Below the pieces are notes generated by a model. That model worked only from the letters and a program-made list of their open reading frames with translations. It had not been told where the DNA came from and did not search any database. This document shows, piece by piece, positions 8,861-18,361 of a DNA stretch of 64,000 nt. The translations under genes were made by a program, and so were the position numbers. The stretch comes from an uncultured Candidatus Saccharibacteria bacterium (GTDB lineage Bacteria > Patescibacteriota > Saccharimonadia > Saccharimonadales > AWTP1-31), in assembly GCA_964530555.1 (NCBI GenBank), contig CAZHBD010000001.1, positions 1,835 to 65,834 of the forward strand. Direction: 5' to 3'. Position 1 is the first letter of the stretch, and each line of letters starts with the position of its first letter.

Positions 8861-10051
8861 ATGGCAGAAGACATTGCAATTGAGGTAAAAAACGTTGCAA
8901 AAGACTTTGTGCTGCCGCACGAGAAAGTAAACTCCATCAAGGGCATATTCACCAGCATGTTTCAAAGGCACGACCGGACCCAAGAGGCTCAACATGCCCT
9001 AAAAGACATCAATATCACCATTAAAAAAGGTGAATTTTTTGGGATTGTTGGCCGTAACGGCAGTGGCAAGAGTACGCTCCTGAAGATATTGGCGGGTATT
9101 TACCAACCAACTCGGGGTACCATTCAAACTAATGGCCGCCTCGTGCCATTTATTGAGCTAGGAGTTGGCTTTAACCCAGAGCTCACCGGACGAGACAATG
9201 TCTACCTTAATGGCGCAATGCTTGGGTTTTCGCGCAAAGAGATCGATGAGATGTATGAGAATATCGTGGAGTTTGCTGAGCTCGAAAAATTTATGGACCA
9301 AAAGCTTAAGAATTATTCTTCAGGCATGCAAGTTCGTTTGGCCTTCTCCATGGCGACACGTGCAGAAGCGGACATTCTGTTGGTTGACGAAGTTTTGGCT
9401 GTGGGAGATGCTGCTTTTCAACGGAAGTGCTTCGAGTACTTCAAGGAGCTTAAAGCAAAACACAAAACAGTGGTTTTTGTAACCCATGATATGAACTCGG
9501 TGAAAGAATTTTGCGACAGAGCCATGCTTATTGATGAAAGTAAGATGCAGTTAATCGGAGAACCGTCTAAAGTTGCTGTGCGTTATTCAATGCTATTTAT
9601 GGATAAAGATACCTCAGTAGGCAAAAAACAGATTGACAGGCTTGGGAATCGTGATGTTGAAATCGTAAAAACCAATGTCGTTGTTCAGGAGGACTTCATC
9701 GAGGTAAATGTAAAAGCGCAGGTTCATAAATCAGTTGATCGAATAATTTACGGTCTCCATGTGCTTGGTCAAGATATGACCGAGATTACTGCCATGAACA
9801 ACCGGATGATACAAGAGCCCGACATAGAAAAGGTTGCGCCCGGAGATATTATTTCGTTTCAGTGGCGTATGCTCAATATTTTTAATGATGGAAAGTACAC
9901 AATCACTTTGACGCTAATCGACGATGTTAGCACAACCCTAGACTGGATTATCGGTGCAGCAGGCTTCACGGTGAGGCGCATAGATCGCTCAACAACTCCT
10001 GTCTTGCCGCCAATCAAGCTACAAACCAGCGTTAAGAAAGGAACGGGTTAA
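8861..10051 (+). CDS. Polysaccharide ABC exporter ATPase with a C-terminal extension (Wzt/TagH-like)
   Basis: Walker A GRNGSGKST, signature YSSGMQVRLAF, Walker B ILLVDE. It carries ~150 extra C-terminal residues (approx. nt 9608-10051) with a beta-rich pattern like Wzt C-terminal glycan-binding domains. Confidence 0.85.
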   Translation: MAEDIAIEVKNVAKDFVLPHEKVNSIKGIFTSMFQRHDRTQEAQHALKDINITIKKGEFFGIVGRNGSGKSTLLKILAGIYQPTRGTIQTNGRLVPFIELGVGFNPELTGRDNVYLNGAMLGFSRKEIDEMYENIVEFAELEKFMDQKLKNYSSGMQVRLAFSMATRAEADILLVDEVLAVGDAAFQRKCFEYFKELKAKHKTVVFVTHDMNSVKEFCDRAMLIDESKMQLIGEPSKVAVRYSMLFMDKDTSVGKKQIDRLGNRDVEIVKTNVVVQEDFIEVNVKAQVHKSVDRIIYGLHVLGQDMTEITAMNNRMIQEPDIEKVAPGDIISFQWRMLNIFNDGKYTITLTLIDDVSTTLDWIIGAAGFTVRRIDRSTTPVLPPIKLQTSVKKGTG

Positions 10052-10052
10052 A

Positions 10053-11081
10053 ATGACAACTTTTGTAAGATCCACTGTCGCAAAAACCAGAGATAAGTTT
10101 TTAAGTAGTGTGCTCAGGATCCTGGGACAAATTTCGTCCAAACTTAGCGACGTGGCGGGACAAATACAAGAGATCAGGCAGTCGCAACTGCAAATTAACC
10201 ATTACCAGTTAGAGCTGTTGGAGGAAACCAACAAACGGGTTAAGAATACAGGCACATTAGTGCTGTCCGAGAAAGAGATGGTCGCGAAAATATTTAGTGG
10301 CTTAAAAATCTCGCTTGATCCAAGGGACCTCGCGGTGGCGCAACACTTAGCGCTCGATGGTATATGGGAGCACAGAATTACGATGGCCTGGCTTTCCGTG
10401 GTACAGTCGCATGACACTGTGCTGGATGTAGGAGCAAATTTTGGGTACTACGGTGTTCTGGCCGCCCAGAAAACAGACAAAAAACATTCTAAAGTCGTTA
10501 TGTTCGAAGCGAACCCAAAACTCATCCCGTATATTAACAGAACGCTCTCCCTTAATTGGCTTCACGAACAGTGTACAACCGAGAACTTAGCGATTGCAGA
10601 AACGAAAAAGAAAGTAAGATTGCATGTACTGAAGGACTACGTCGGCTCTTCATCTCTATATGACACCAAATTCCTCGACACCTATATGCACAACAAAATG
10701 CCCTTAGCTGAAAGTGAATCAGTCTCAGTTGACGCGACAACAATTGACGAATATTGTTTAGCCAAGGGAATTAAGTCCGTAGACTTAATAAAAGTTGACA
10801 TTGAGGGTTACGAGGATTTGGCTTACGAGGGGATGAGAGAGACGGTTAAAATGAGCCCAAATCTTACGATGTTCTTAGAATTTACCCGACAGGCGTATAA
10901 AGACCCAGAAGCCTTCTACAACCAGCTGCTAAACGACTTTGGAAATGTGTATGTCATCGGTGATGATGGATCGATACTGCGACCTAAAAATTCAGATTAT
11001 GCCAGTGTTATAGGAGATAACGACGATTGGGTGATGCCTATATTTTCAAAAAACAGTAAACTCATGGAGATAAGCAATTGA
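10053..11081 (+). CDS. FkbM-family SAM methyltransferase with an N-terminal coiled-coil-like segment
   Basis: VLDVGANFGYYG and DLIKVDIEGYE motifs typical of Methyltransf_21/FkbM. The N-terminal ~70 aa are heptad-like (QIQEIRQSQLQINHYQLELLEETNKRV). Confidence 0.75.
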   Translation: MTTFVRSTVAKTRDKFLSSVLRILGQISSKLSDVAGQIQEIRQSQLQINHYQLELLEETNKRVKNTGTLVLSEKEMVAKIFSGLKISLDPRDLAVAQHLALDGIWEHRITMAWLSVVQSHDTVLDVGANFGYYGVLAAQKTDKKHSKVVMFEANPKLIPYINRTLSLNWLHEQCTTENLAIAETKKKVRLHVLKDYVGSSSLYDTKFLDTYMHNKMPLAESESVSVDATTIDEYCLAKGIKSVDLIKVDIEGYEDLAYEGMRETVKMSPNLTMFLEFTRQAYKDPEAFYNQLLNDFGNVYVIGDDGSILRPKNSDYASVIGDNDDWVMPIFSKNSKLMEISN

Positions 11082-12400
11082 TGGCTCAAGGCACGGTTGC
11101 CATAGATATTACTCAACTCGTCCATTGGCCTGGCAAATTGACTGGCATACCTCGTGTTATAGAAGAGCTTGCCAAACGGTTTGGCAAAAACACAGACTTC
11201 GATGCGGTATTTGTTTCCTGGGTAAAGGACATTGGTGCGTTTTGTGTTGTAGACCTCGAGGCTAGTCTGGCTCAACGCGGCAAAGGCATTGTGTATGTGC
11301 CGAAAGGTAAAGAGGGCGTAAGTAGCCACGGGTCTCAGTCAAGCCGGCCGTCATTTGTATCGCGAGCGCAACAGGTCGCTAAACCATATGCTCACAAGGC
11401 CGTAAACAGCTTAGGTCGTGTCAGCCCTCGTGTAGCCAATCGCCTGAAAAATCAAGCAGTCGGACGGATGGCAGCCAATTACCAACAATGGGATCCCCAA
11501 CAAGCGTACGTTCTATTTATTCCCCATGGTGAATGGTGGGACGATAGCTACATTGATGTAGTAAAACGTGCCGCTCTTAAAGGCGTGCGAATAGTACAGC
11601 TTATTCATGATATGTTGCCTGTTGTAACCCCTCAGTATTCTGGGCACGCTACGCGGAGCTTCACTAACTACTGTACACAGGTATTGCCGATCTGCAATTT
11701 GATTCTGGCAATATCAAAGAGCACCGAAACCGACATCATCACGTGGCTCAAGTCGCAGAAGCTGGACGTTCCAAAAATTGCTGTCTTCCATGAGGGAGAG
11801 GATTTCTCGTTTGCTTCGGCCCAAAAACCAACTGACGAAGTTTTTGTCGGGTCAGGCCTAAAGGGCAAAGACTACATACTTTGTGTTGGGACTGTTGAGG
11901 CGCGAAAGAATCACACATTACTTTACTATGTCGTTAAGCTTGCTAAGCAAAAGGGAGTCGCTTTGCCAAAAATAGTTGTTGTAGGTAGACGCGGCTGGAA
12001 AACCGAAAACTTCTTTGACATTGCTCAAGACGACCCAGAAACAAAAGAACAAATGATTTTCTTGACAGATACGAGCGACAATGAGCTCTCATGGCTCTAC
12101 GATCACTGCTTGTTTACCATATACCCGAGTTTTTATGAAGGGTGGGGTTTGCCTATTGCCGAGAGTGTGTCACGAGGCGTTCCGTGCATCTGTAGCAACA
12201 CCAGCAGCATGAAGGAAGTTGCACCAGACTATGTCAGTTTCTTTTCGCCGGCTTCAACAGACGAGTGCCTGGCAGCTGTACAAAAAATGCTCGACCCCAA
12301 GAATCTTGACAAAGCAAAGCAGAAGCTTAAGAACTATCATGGCACAACGTGGAACGATGCTTACAACGATATAGCCAGTATAATGAAGGAGCAATTATGA
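11078..12400 (+). CDS. Glycosyltransferase, GT4 family
   Basis: YPSFYEGWGLPIAESVSRGVPCICSN. Its start overlaps the upstream stop (ATGA). Confidence 0.75.
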   Translation: MMAQGTVAIDITQLVHWPGKLTGIPRVIEELAKRFGKNTDFDAVFVSWVKDIGAFCVVDLEASLAQRGKGIVYVPKGKEGVSSHGSQSSRPSFVSRAQQVAKPYAHKAVNSLGRVSPRVANRLKNQAVGRMAANYQQWDPQQAYVLFIPHGEWWDDSYIDVVKRAALKGVRIVQLIHDMLPVVTPQYSGHATRSFTNYCTQVLPICNLILAISKSTETDIITWLKSQKLDVPKIAVFHEGEDFSFASAQKPTDEVFVGSGLKGKDYILCVGTVEARKNHTLLYYVVKLAKQKGVALPKIVVVGRRGWKTENFFDIAQDDPETKEQMIFLTDTSDNELSWLYDHCLFTIYPSFYEGWGLPIAESVSRGVPCICSNTSSMKEVAPDYVSFFSPASTDECLAAVQKMLDPKNLDKAKQKLKNYHGTTWNDAYNDIASIMKEQL

Positions 12401-13569
12401 GCAAGCAAATTAGAGTACTGCATTTTAGTTCACACTTTGAAGATTGCGGCATAGCCAAATATCAAGAACAGTACCTTGATGGCATGAAGAAGGTTGACGG
12501 TATGCACAACGAATTCTTCAAATATTCTCCTTACCAGACACGTGTCATGAAACCTGAAGAGTTTAAAACCGTACTTGACGAGCTTGAAGCGGCGTTGAGC
12601 GAGTTTGATATTCTACATATTCAACACGAGTTTGGGTTTTATAATCAAGATGAGTTTGCTCGGTTGATAAATATTGCAAAAAACAAAGGAAAACGTGTAA
12701 TTGTGTCGTATCACACGTCTCTCTTTGTTGCTATTAAGCCGCTTAAACTCGGGGGGCTAGGGCCACGCAGCATATTGGCATATATTCGTCATGCTCGGGG
12801 GCAGAAGATCTTCCTAAAACGTCATGTTACGCCACTTCATAGTGTAGACGCCATACTGGTTCATAACGAAGCGACGGCAGAAAGCCTGGAAACTTACGGA
12901 GTACCAAAAAAACTCATTACTACGTTGGCTCACCCAGTCCCAAACCTTACAAATCCTACACCGAGCACCTTTATTGCCGACAAACTTCATAAGAAAAAAG
13001 GCGATGTCATCTATGCAGTAGTCGGTTTTCTGCATAAGTACAAAGGGGTTGATGCAGCAATCAAAGCGCTGAAATATCTACCCGATAACTATAAGTTGGC
13101 AATCCTGGGGGGGTTACACCCAATAACGGATAACATAGCGATCTATGACAAGTTGACCGATCTTATTGACGCGTTAGGGCTCAATGACCGAGTTTACATC
13201 GTAGGCTATGTAAAAGACGATGACTTGCTCAACTCATATATTCGTGAGGTGGACGTGTGCGTATATCCATATGACAGGGTCTACTATGCGAACGTTTCTT
13301 CAGGTGCTCTCAATCTTGCCTTTGCCAACCAGCGTCCAGTTATCACCTATCCAACACGGACGTTTAAAGAGGTTGCCCAACATGGCGATCCGCTAGTATT
13401 ATGTGACACATTTGCGTACTACGAACTTGCCCGAGAGCTACAGCGCATTGACGTGGCATCACAAGTTGATAAGGTCACTGCCTATGCGGAGGCTTATGCA
13501 TGGGATACAATGAGTGTTAAATTAGCCGAAATCTATAAGCGAATACTATATGGTGCAGAGAATAAATAA
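12397..13569 (+). CDS. Glycosyltransferase-like protein (GT-B, group 1-like, divergent)
   Basis: Start set at MSKQIRVLHF, preceded by AAGGAG (the track ORF starts at 12349). The C-terminal half shows a GT-B-like pattern (VGFLHKYKG...ILGG...). The functional call is weaker than for its neighbours. Confidence 0.55.
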   Translation: MSKQIRVLHFSSHFEDCGIAKYQEQYLDGMKKVDGMHNEFFKYSPYQTRVMKPEEFKTVLDELEAALSEFDILHIQHEFGFYNQDEFARLINIAKNKGKRVIVSYHTSLFVAIKPLKLGGLGPRSILAYIRHARGQKIFLKRHVTPLHSVDAILVHNEATAESLETYGVPKKLITTLAHPVPNLTNPTPSTFIADKLHKKKGDVIYAVVGFLHKYKGVDAAIKALKYLPDNYKLAILGGLHPITDNIAIYDKLTDLIDALGLNDRVYIVGYVKDDDLLNSYIREVDVCVYPYDRVYYANVSSGALNLAFANQRPVITYPTRTFKEVAQHGDPLVLCDTFAYYELARELQRIDVASQVDKVTAYAEAYAWDTMSVKLAEIYKRILYGAENK

Positions 13570-14278
13570 GCGGCAAATCGCTTTCCTTCTACCAGCCTAT
13601 AATGAGTCAAAAGTCATCAGGGGGGTGTTGAAGGGGTTGGTAAAAGAGCTCAAGAAGCAAGACCTTTGGCAACACAGCCAGATTGTTGTAGTAAACGATG
13701 GTTCAAGTGATAAAACTGCCCATGAGGTGCTCAAAGTTAAGGATATCATCCTGATTAACCACGTTATTAACCTGGGGGCGGGTGCAGCAACTCGAACTGC
13801 CTTACATTATGCGCGTAAGGAAGCGTTTGATTTCGCAGTTACTATGGACTCTGACGGTCAGCATGCTCCCGCAGATGTCATCAAAATTGCACGAGCCATT
13901 ATCCAGGAAGATCATGATGTTATAATTGGCAGCCGGCTCATTAACTACACCGGCATGCCATGGTATCGTGTGCTCGGTAACAAAGGGCTGAGCCTACTAA
14001 CCTTCTTGTTCTTTGGTTTGTTCGTTCAAGATTCGCAATCTGGCTTGCGGGCGTACAACCGAAAGGGCATGGAGCACACGACCTTTCATAGTAATTCCTA
14101 TGCCTTTTGCTCTGAAATGCTGTGGAGCGCCAAGAAGGCGCGACTCAACATTACCGAGAAGCCTATCGCAGCCATATACACTGATTACTCGCTTAGCAAG
14201 GGACAAACTAACTGGGGTATTATCAGTATCGTGCGTACCCTTATAAAACGAAGAGTTATGGAGATCTTTGGTGAATAA
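13550..14278 (+). CDS. GT2 glycosyltransferase, polyprenyl-phosphate sugar synthase type (GtrB/DPM1-like)
   Basis: LLPAYNES, VVNDGSSDKT and MDSDGQH motifs. Confidence 0.8.
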   Translation: MVQRINKRQIAFLLPAYNESKVIRGVLKGLVKELKKQDLWQHSQIVVVNDGSSDKTAHEVLKVKDIILINHVINLGAGAATRTALHYARKEAFDFAVTMDSDGQHAPADVIKIARAIIQEDHDVIIGSRLINYTGMPWYRVLGNKGLSLLTFLFFGLFVQDSQSGLRAYNRKGMEHTTFHSNSYAFCSEMLWSAKKARLNITEKPIAAIYTDYSLSKGQTNWGIISIVRTLIKRRVMEIFGE

Positions 14279-14627
14279 ATATCAACTACTTGTCTTACTT
14301 AATACGCCCTTCGTGTTGTATGGGCTAGGCAAAGCGGTCGCCTCTTATAAAAAAGGCTCAATTCAGAGGGTTGGCCTGTTAGTGCGTGTGGTTTTCTGGC
14401 TCGGCATTGTAACAGGTTTAATTTTTGCTGAAACAATCTACGTCTTTTTGACATCGTACAAACTAACCGATTCAGCGCCACTTAGTATCGCAGACGTTGT
14501 TTTGGTAACGGGGGTTAATCTCAGCTTCTTTCTGATCCTTCGCATTTATGCCAAAATTGAATCTCTCGAAAAACACATCACTGATCTTAACGAAAAACTT
14601 TCTATCCAGAGCAGCATCAAGAGCTAG
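14268..14627 (+). CDS. Small integral membrane protein (DUF2304-like, commonly paired with GT2 genes)
   Basis: 119 aa with 3-4 hydrophobic segments. Overlaps the GT2 stop. The family assignment is from memory of gene context only. Confidence 0.5.
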   Translation: MVNKYQLLVLLNTPFVLYGLGKAVASYKKGSIQRVGLLVRVVFWLGIVTGLIFAETIYVFLTSYKLTDSAPLSIADVVLVTGVNLSFFLILRIYAKIESLEKHITDLNEKLSIQSSIKS

Positions 14628-15043
14628 TCCGCTAACGGTGGTTCGGCTGACTTGAAAATAATAGTTCGGTATAAGATGTAATTCCACGATGCAATAACCA
14701 AGGTCATTAATGGCTTCGCGAGAAGGCCAGGCACGTGAGCATGTATGAGAGTGCTCACTCCATAGGTGCTGACTGTCAGGTTGCAGACGGCGAGAACGGC
14801 AAATCGAACTGCCTGCCCGTGAGCTTTGGTTTTTGTAGAACGATGCCGAAAGACAAAAAAACGCGTTAACAGGAAATTCGCGCACAAGCCAATAGAAAAA
14901 CTAAGTATATTGGCAGTTTTTGGCATGAGCGCAAGGCCATAGTAGAAACCGACAAACAGTATATTCTCGACGCCAAACGAAATGATTCCGGAAATCAAGT
15001 AGCGGATAAGACGACGACGGAACAGCCCTTGTAATTGTTTCAT
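14624..15043 (-). CDS. GtrA-family membrane protein (putative polyprenyl-P-sugar flippase)
   Basis: 139 aa, 4 TM segments. The N-terminal LIRYLISGIISFGVENILF and C-terminal YRTIIFK are typical of the GtrA family. Confidence 0.75.
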   Translation of the reverse strand: MKQLQGLFRRRLIRYLISGIISFGVENILFVGFYYGLALMPKTANILSFSIGLCANFLLTRFFVFRHRSTKTKAHGQAVRFAVLAVCNLTVSTYGVSTLIHAHVPGLLAKPLMTLVIASWNYILYRTIIFKSAEPPLAD

Positions 15044-15265
15044 GATACCCCTATTAAATATGTAATCATTATTTAGGGACCTGTTCTCGGTCCAGTGGTG
15101 AGTATACAGGCAAGTTTTCTGTTGCTAAAATAATTAATGGCTGGTTTTGAATCGAGTCGTGGCAAGCGGGCCCACGGAGTTCGACTTCTTGTTTTAGAGG
15201 TAGCGTATACTTCAGGCGGCAAGTTTATCATGTTGGAAACATAACTTGTGTTAAAGACAGTCACT

Positions 15266-15700
15266 TTACGCACGCTGCCTCCTCCCATGAAGATGTTTCC
15301 AAATTACATATTTGGACCACATAAAGTTCCACCCTAATGAAATCACTGAGCTAATAACGAGGGCTATAATATAACCAACATGAAGGTACTTCACCCCGCC
15401 ACTTACTAACGCAGCACTTCCTATAATAGCCGTCCATGAAGACAGATGAAATTGTAATATTAACTCCGAAAGAGTTTTTTTGACCTTTTTGGAGCGGTAC
15501 GTCCAGTTATGGTGGAGTAAAAAGTTACTGAATAATGCAATCTCCCCGCCAATGAGTTGGGAAATAAACAGTGGCCAGTGCGCTGCTCGGTACATCAACG
15601 CCAGCAGAGCTGTGTTGATCACAAAGCCACTGGCACCGACAATACAAAAGCGGACAAAGTCTATTTCTAATAGCTGTTGTATATTTTTGATCACCCTCAC
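15266..15700 (-). CDS. GtrA-family membrane protein
   Basis: 144 aa with FVRFCIVGASGFVINTALL...HHNWTY...WSKYVIWK. Confidence 0.75.
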   Translation of the reverse strand: MRVIKNIQQLLEIDFVRFCIVGASGFVINTALLALMYRAAHWPLFISQLIGGEIALFSNFLLHHNWTYRSKKVKKTLSELILQFHLSSWTAIIGSAALVSGGVKYLHVGYIIALVISSVISLGWNFMWSKYVIWKHLHGRRQRA

Positions 15701-15756
15701 AACTTAATGTATGGTAGCATGATAAGTGAATTTTATGGAGTAAGAGTAGGGTAGAA

Positions 15757-16479
15757 ATGGCCAAAGCTAAGAAGTTGTCAATTGTTATTCCGTGCTATAA
15801 CGAAAAGCACACTATCGAGACGACTTTAAGCGAAGTCTATGAGGTGAAATTGGGCACTACCAAAAAGGAAATTCTCATTGTGGACGATGGCTCAAAAGAT
15901 GGCACACGAGAGATACTCAAAAAACTGGCGAGGAAACACCGCAACATTAAGCTGTTATTTCAAGACAAAAACCAAGGCAAGGGTGCTGCGCTGAAGCGGG
16001 GAATTCTGGAGTCTACTGGCGATGTTGTCGTCGTCCAAGATGCCGATTTAGAGTATGACCCGCAAGAATATATTCGATTGCTATATCCCATCGAGCGTGG
16101 GCATGCAGATGTTGTCTATGGTTCACGGTTTATTGGTGGTGAGCCGCATCGGATCATATATTTTAAGAACCAAGTAGCAAATAAGTTCTTAACATTTTTG
16201 TCTAATTTATTCACGGGCCTCAACCTGACAGATATGGAAACGTGCTATAAGATGATGAAAGGGGACTTGGCACGAAATTTAGCAAAGGATTTGCAGGCTC
16301 AGCGCTTTGGGTTCGAGCCAGAAATTACTGCACGGATTGCCAAGAGCAACGCTGCCGTCTACGAAATTGGCATCAGTTACTATGGTCGCAGTAAAGAAGA
16401 AGGTAAGAAGATTGGCTATCGGGATGGGTTGAAAGCTGTTTGGGAGATCATCTATTTTAATGTCTTCGTTAGAAAATAG
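15757..16479 (+). CDS. GT2 glycosyltransferase (polyprenyl-phosphate sugar synthase-like)
   Basis: SIVIPCYNE, VDDGSKDGT and QDADLEYDP motifs. Confidence 0.85.
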   Translation: MAKAKKLSIVIPCYNEKHTIETTLSEVYEVKLGTTKKEILIVDDGSKDGTREILKKLARKHRNIKLLFQDKNQGKGAALKRGILESTGDVVVVQDADLEYDPQEYIRLLYPIERGHADVVYGSRFIGGEPHRIIYFKNQVANKFLTFLSNLFTGLNLTDMETCYKMMKGDLARNLAKDLQAQRFGFEPEITARIAKSNAAVYEIGISYYGRSKEEGKKIGYRDGLKAVWEIIYFNVFVRK

Positions 16480-16481
16480 TT

Positions 16482-18347
16482 ATGCCGCAACGAAATACTC
16501 GCCGACCTGCTAAAAAAACTTCCAAACAGTCAAAGCGCTCCACCAAAACGACGGCTTCCGGGGCAATGGCGAATATCAAACGGCTTGGGCGAGGGTTTTA
16601 TAACTGGCTCAGAGCATTTCTTAGAGCTAATTGGAAGGGTTTGCTGGTTATTACTTTGGCAACCATTATTTTCTTTTGGCCGGTGCTTGTGCGTCTTGGG
16701 ACTTACAGCGAGGGTGGTGATGCTATGTTTAACGCTTGGACATTGGCACGGGATCACCACTGCCTACTCCGCCAAAACTGCCCAAATTTTGCTGACGGCA
16801 ACATTTACTTTCCTAACAAAGACACTATGCTGTATTCCGAGACACAGCTTTCAGTTGGCTTGGTTAGTCTACCACTACGACTGATTAGCCAAAACCCCAT
16901 TTTCTACAACAATGTCATGACGGTCTTCAGTATGTTTATGATAGGATTCTTCATGTATTTACTTGCAAAGCATTTAAGCAGAAACCAAGAATTGCTGTCA
17001 ATTATGGCTGGGTTGATTTTTGAGTTTTCGCCTTATCGCATGCCAGCGGTTTGGCATCTTCAGAATCTTAGTATTTGCATGCTGCCCCTAGCAGTACTAA
17101 TGATTCTTAAGTTTGTGCAAAAGCCCCTAAAACGGTACATAATTGTGCTCTTCTTGTCTCTTTCTTATGTATTCTTTGCTTCCTGGGTGCAGATGGTGTT
17201 CGTTCTTATGGTCGTTGGCGTACTACTATTGGGCCTATGGGTATTTAAGATGGCGAGGCATCGCCAGCTGCTAATTGCAGCAACGGTAGTTTTTATGGCG
17301 ATTCTGTGCACACTGCCCCTTATGAAGCAATATATTGATTTTTCTAAGCAAAGTAATGCGAAGTTCGGGCTATCGGACCAAATCATGTATTCGTCAAGTC
17401 TTGCTGATTATTTTATTCCTCACTCCGGGACCCTTCTCGGGAAACTTCTAAATGTTACTGGGGCAACAATTACAAAGAACAGCTACAATCCCGATAGTGC
17501 CTCCTATATGGGTTTTGGTCTCTACGGTGTGGCTTTTTTATCCGTTTTTTTTGTTTGTAGATACCGAAAGAGTAAGCCTGATAAAGGTAATGACGCGAAA
17601 CTCATTGCATTATTTTCTTTGGTAGGCTTAATTGGGTTCGTGATATCCTTAGGGCCATTACTTAAGGTTTTCGGAAGCTATACCTACGGCTGGCTACCCG
17701 ACGGTTCAAAGCTCACTTTTCCGTTGCCCTGGCTGGCAATAAACAAAATTTTCCCACAGCTTAGTTTCATCCGCGCCATAGGGCGTGCAGCTGCCATAAC
17801 ACTATTTGCCTTATGCTGTTTGTTAGCAATTTATTCCCACTACTCACGCAGATACTTTTCACAGAAGCAGTTTAGAATTTCAATGGGTATAGTTATTGCG
17901 CTAATCGTCGTTGAAATTCTACCGGCTCATACAATAGCTATGAGCCCTGTGCCTTATACTTACCATTGGTCAATCCCAAAAGTTTACAAATACATAAAAA
18001 ACAACGATAGCATAGACCGTATCCTTATATTAAACACAGACTTAGATTATAAGGATGCGCCACTGCCGATTGCACGCGCCGAGCAAGTTCTATGGGCTGG
18101 GTACCATAATAAGAACATTTTCAATGGATACAGTGGGTATGAGCCTGCGCAATACAAAACGCAACTTGGTGATTTTAAAGATTTCACGACAGAAGATGTG
18201 CCCAAATTGAAAAAGCTAGGGATCAGGTACGTTTTACTGGATAAATCATTAGTTTCAAAAACGCCAGATCTTCATATTAGCCTCGATCGCATACTTCCAG
18301 CTAGGATCTATAGTGATGAACGATTTAATCTGTACCAAATACAATAG
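16482..18347 (+). CDS. Large polytopic membrane protein, putative GT-C-type glycosyltransferase
   Basis: 621 aa with >10 hydrophobic segments and an acidic motif after TM1 (YSEGGDAMFNAW). Directly follows the GT2 and GtrA genes. The function is inferred from context. Confidence 0.6.
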   Translation: MPQRNTRRPAKKTSKQSKRSTKTTASGAMANIKRLGRGFYNWLRAFLRANWKGLLVITLATIIFFWPVLVRLGTYSEGGDAMFNAWTLARDHHCLLRQNCPNFADGNIYFPNKDTMLYSETQLSVGLVSLPLRLISQNPIFYNNVMTVFSMFMIGFFMYLLAKHLSRNQELLSIMAGLIFEFSPYRMPAVWHLQNLSICMLPLAVLMILKFVQKPLKRYIIVLFLSLSYVFFASWVQMVFVLMVVGVLLLGLWVFKMARHRQLLIAATVVFMAILCTLPLMKQYIDFSKQSNAKFGLSDQIMYSSSLADYFIPHSGTLLGKLLNVTGATITKNSYNPDSASYMGFGLYGVAFLSVFFVCRYRKSKPDKGNDAKLIALFSLVGLIGFVISLGPLLKVFGSYTYGWLPDGSKLTFPLPWLAINKIFPQLSFIRAIGRAAAITLFALCCLLAIYSHYSRRYFSQKQFRISMGIVIALIVVEILPAHTIAMSPVPYTYHWSIPKVYKYIKNNDSIDRILILNTDLDYKDAPLPIARAEQVLWAGYHNKNIFNGYSGYEPAQYKTQLGDFKDFTTEDVPKLKKLGIRYVLLDKSLVSKTPDLHISLDRILPARIYSDERFNLYQIQ

Positions 18348-18361
18348 GAGTAATATTAGAT

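Noticed and set aside
15044-15265. Possible tRNA or other ncRNA in the 222-nt gap between two gtrA genes (contains GGAGTTCGACTT, which looks T-loop-like).
   Set aside because: I could not build a cloverleaf: there is no acceptor stem, D-arm or anticodon arm at the right spacing on either strand. No conserved SRP, tmRNA, 6S or RNase P motifs are present. The hairpins are noted under the Gtr finding and left unclassified.
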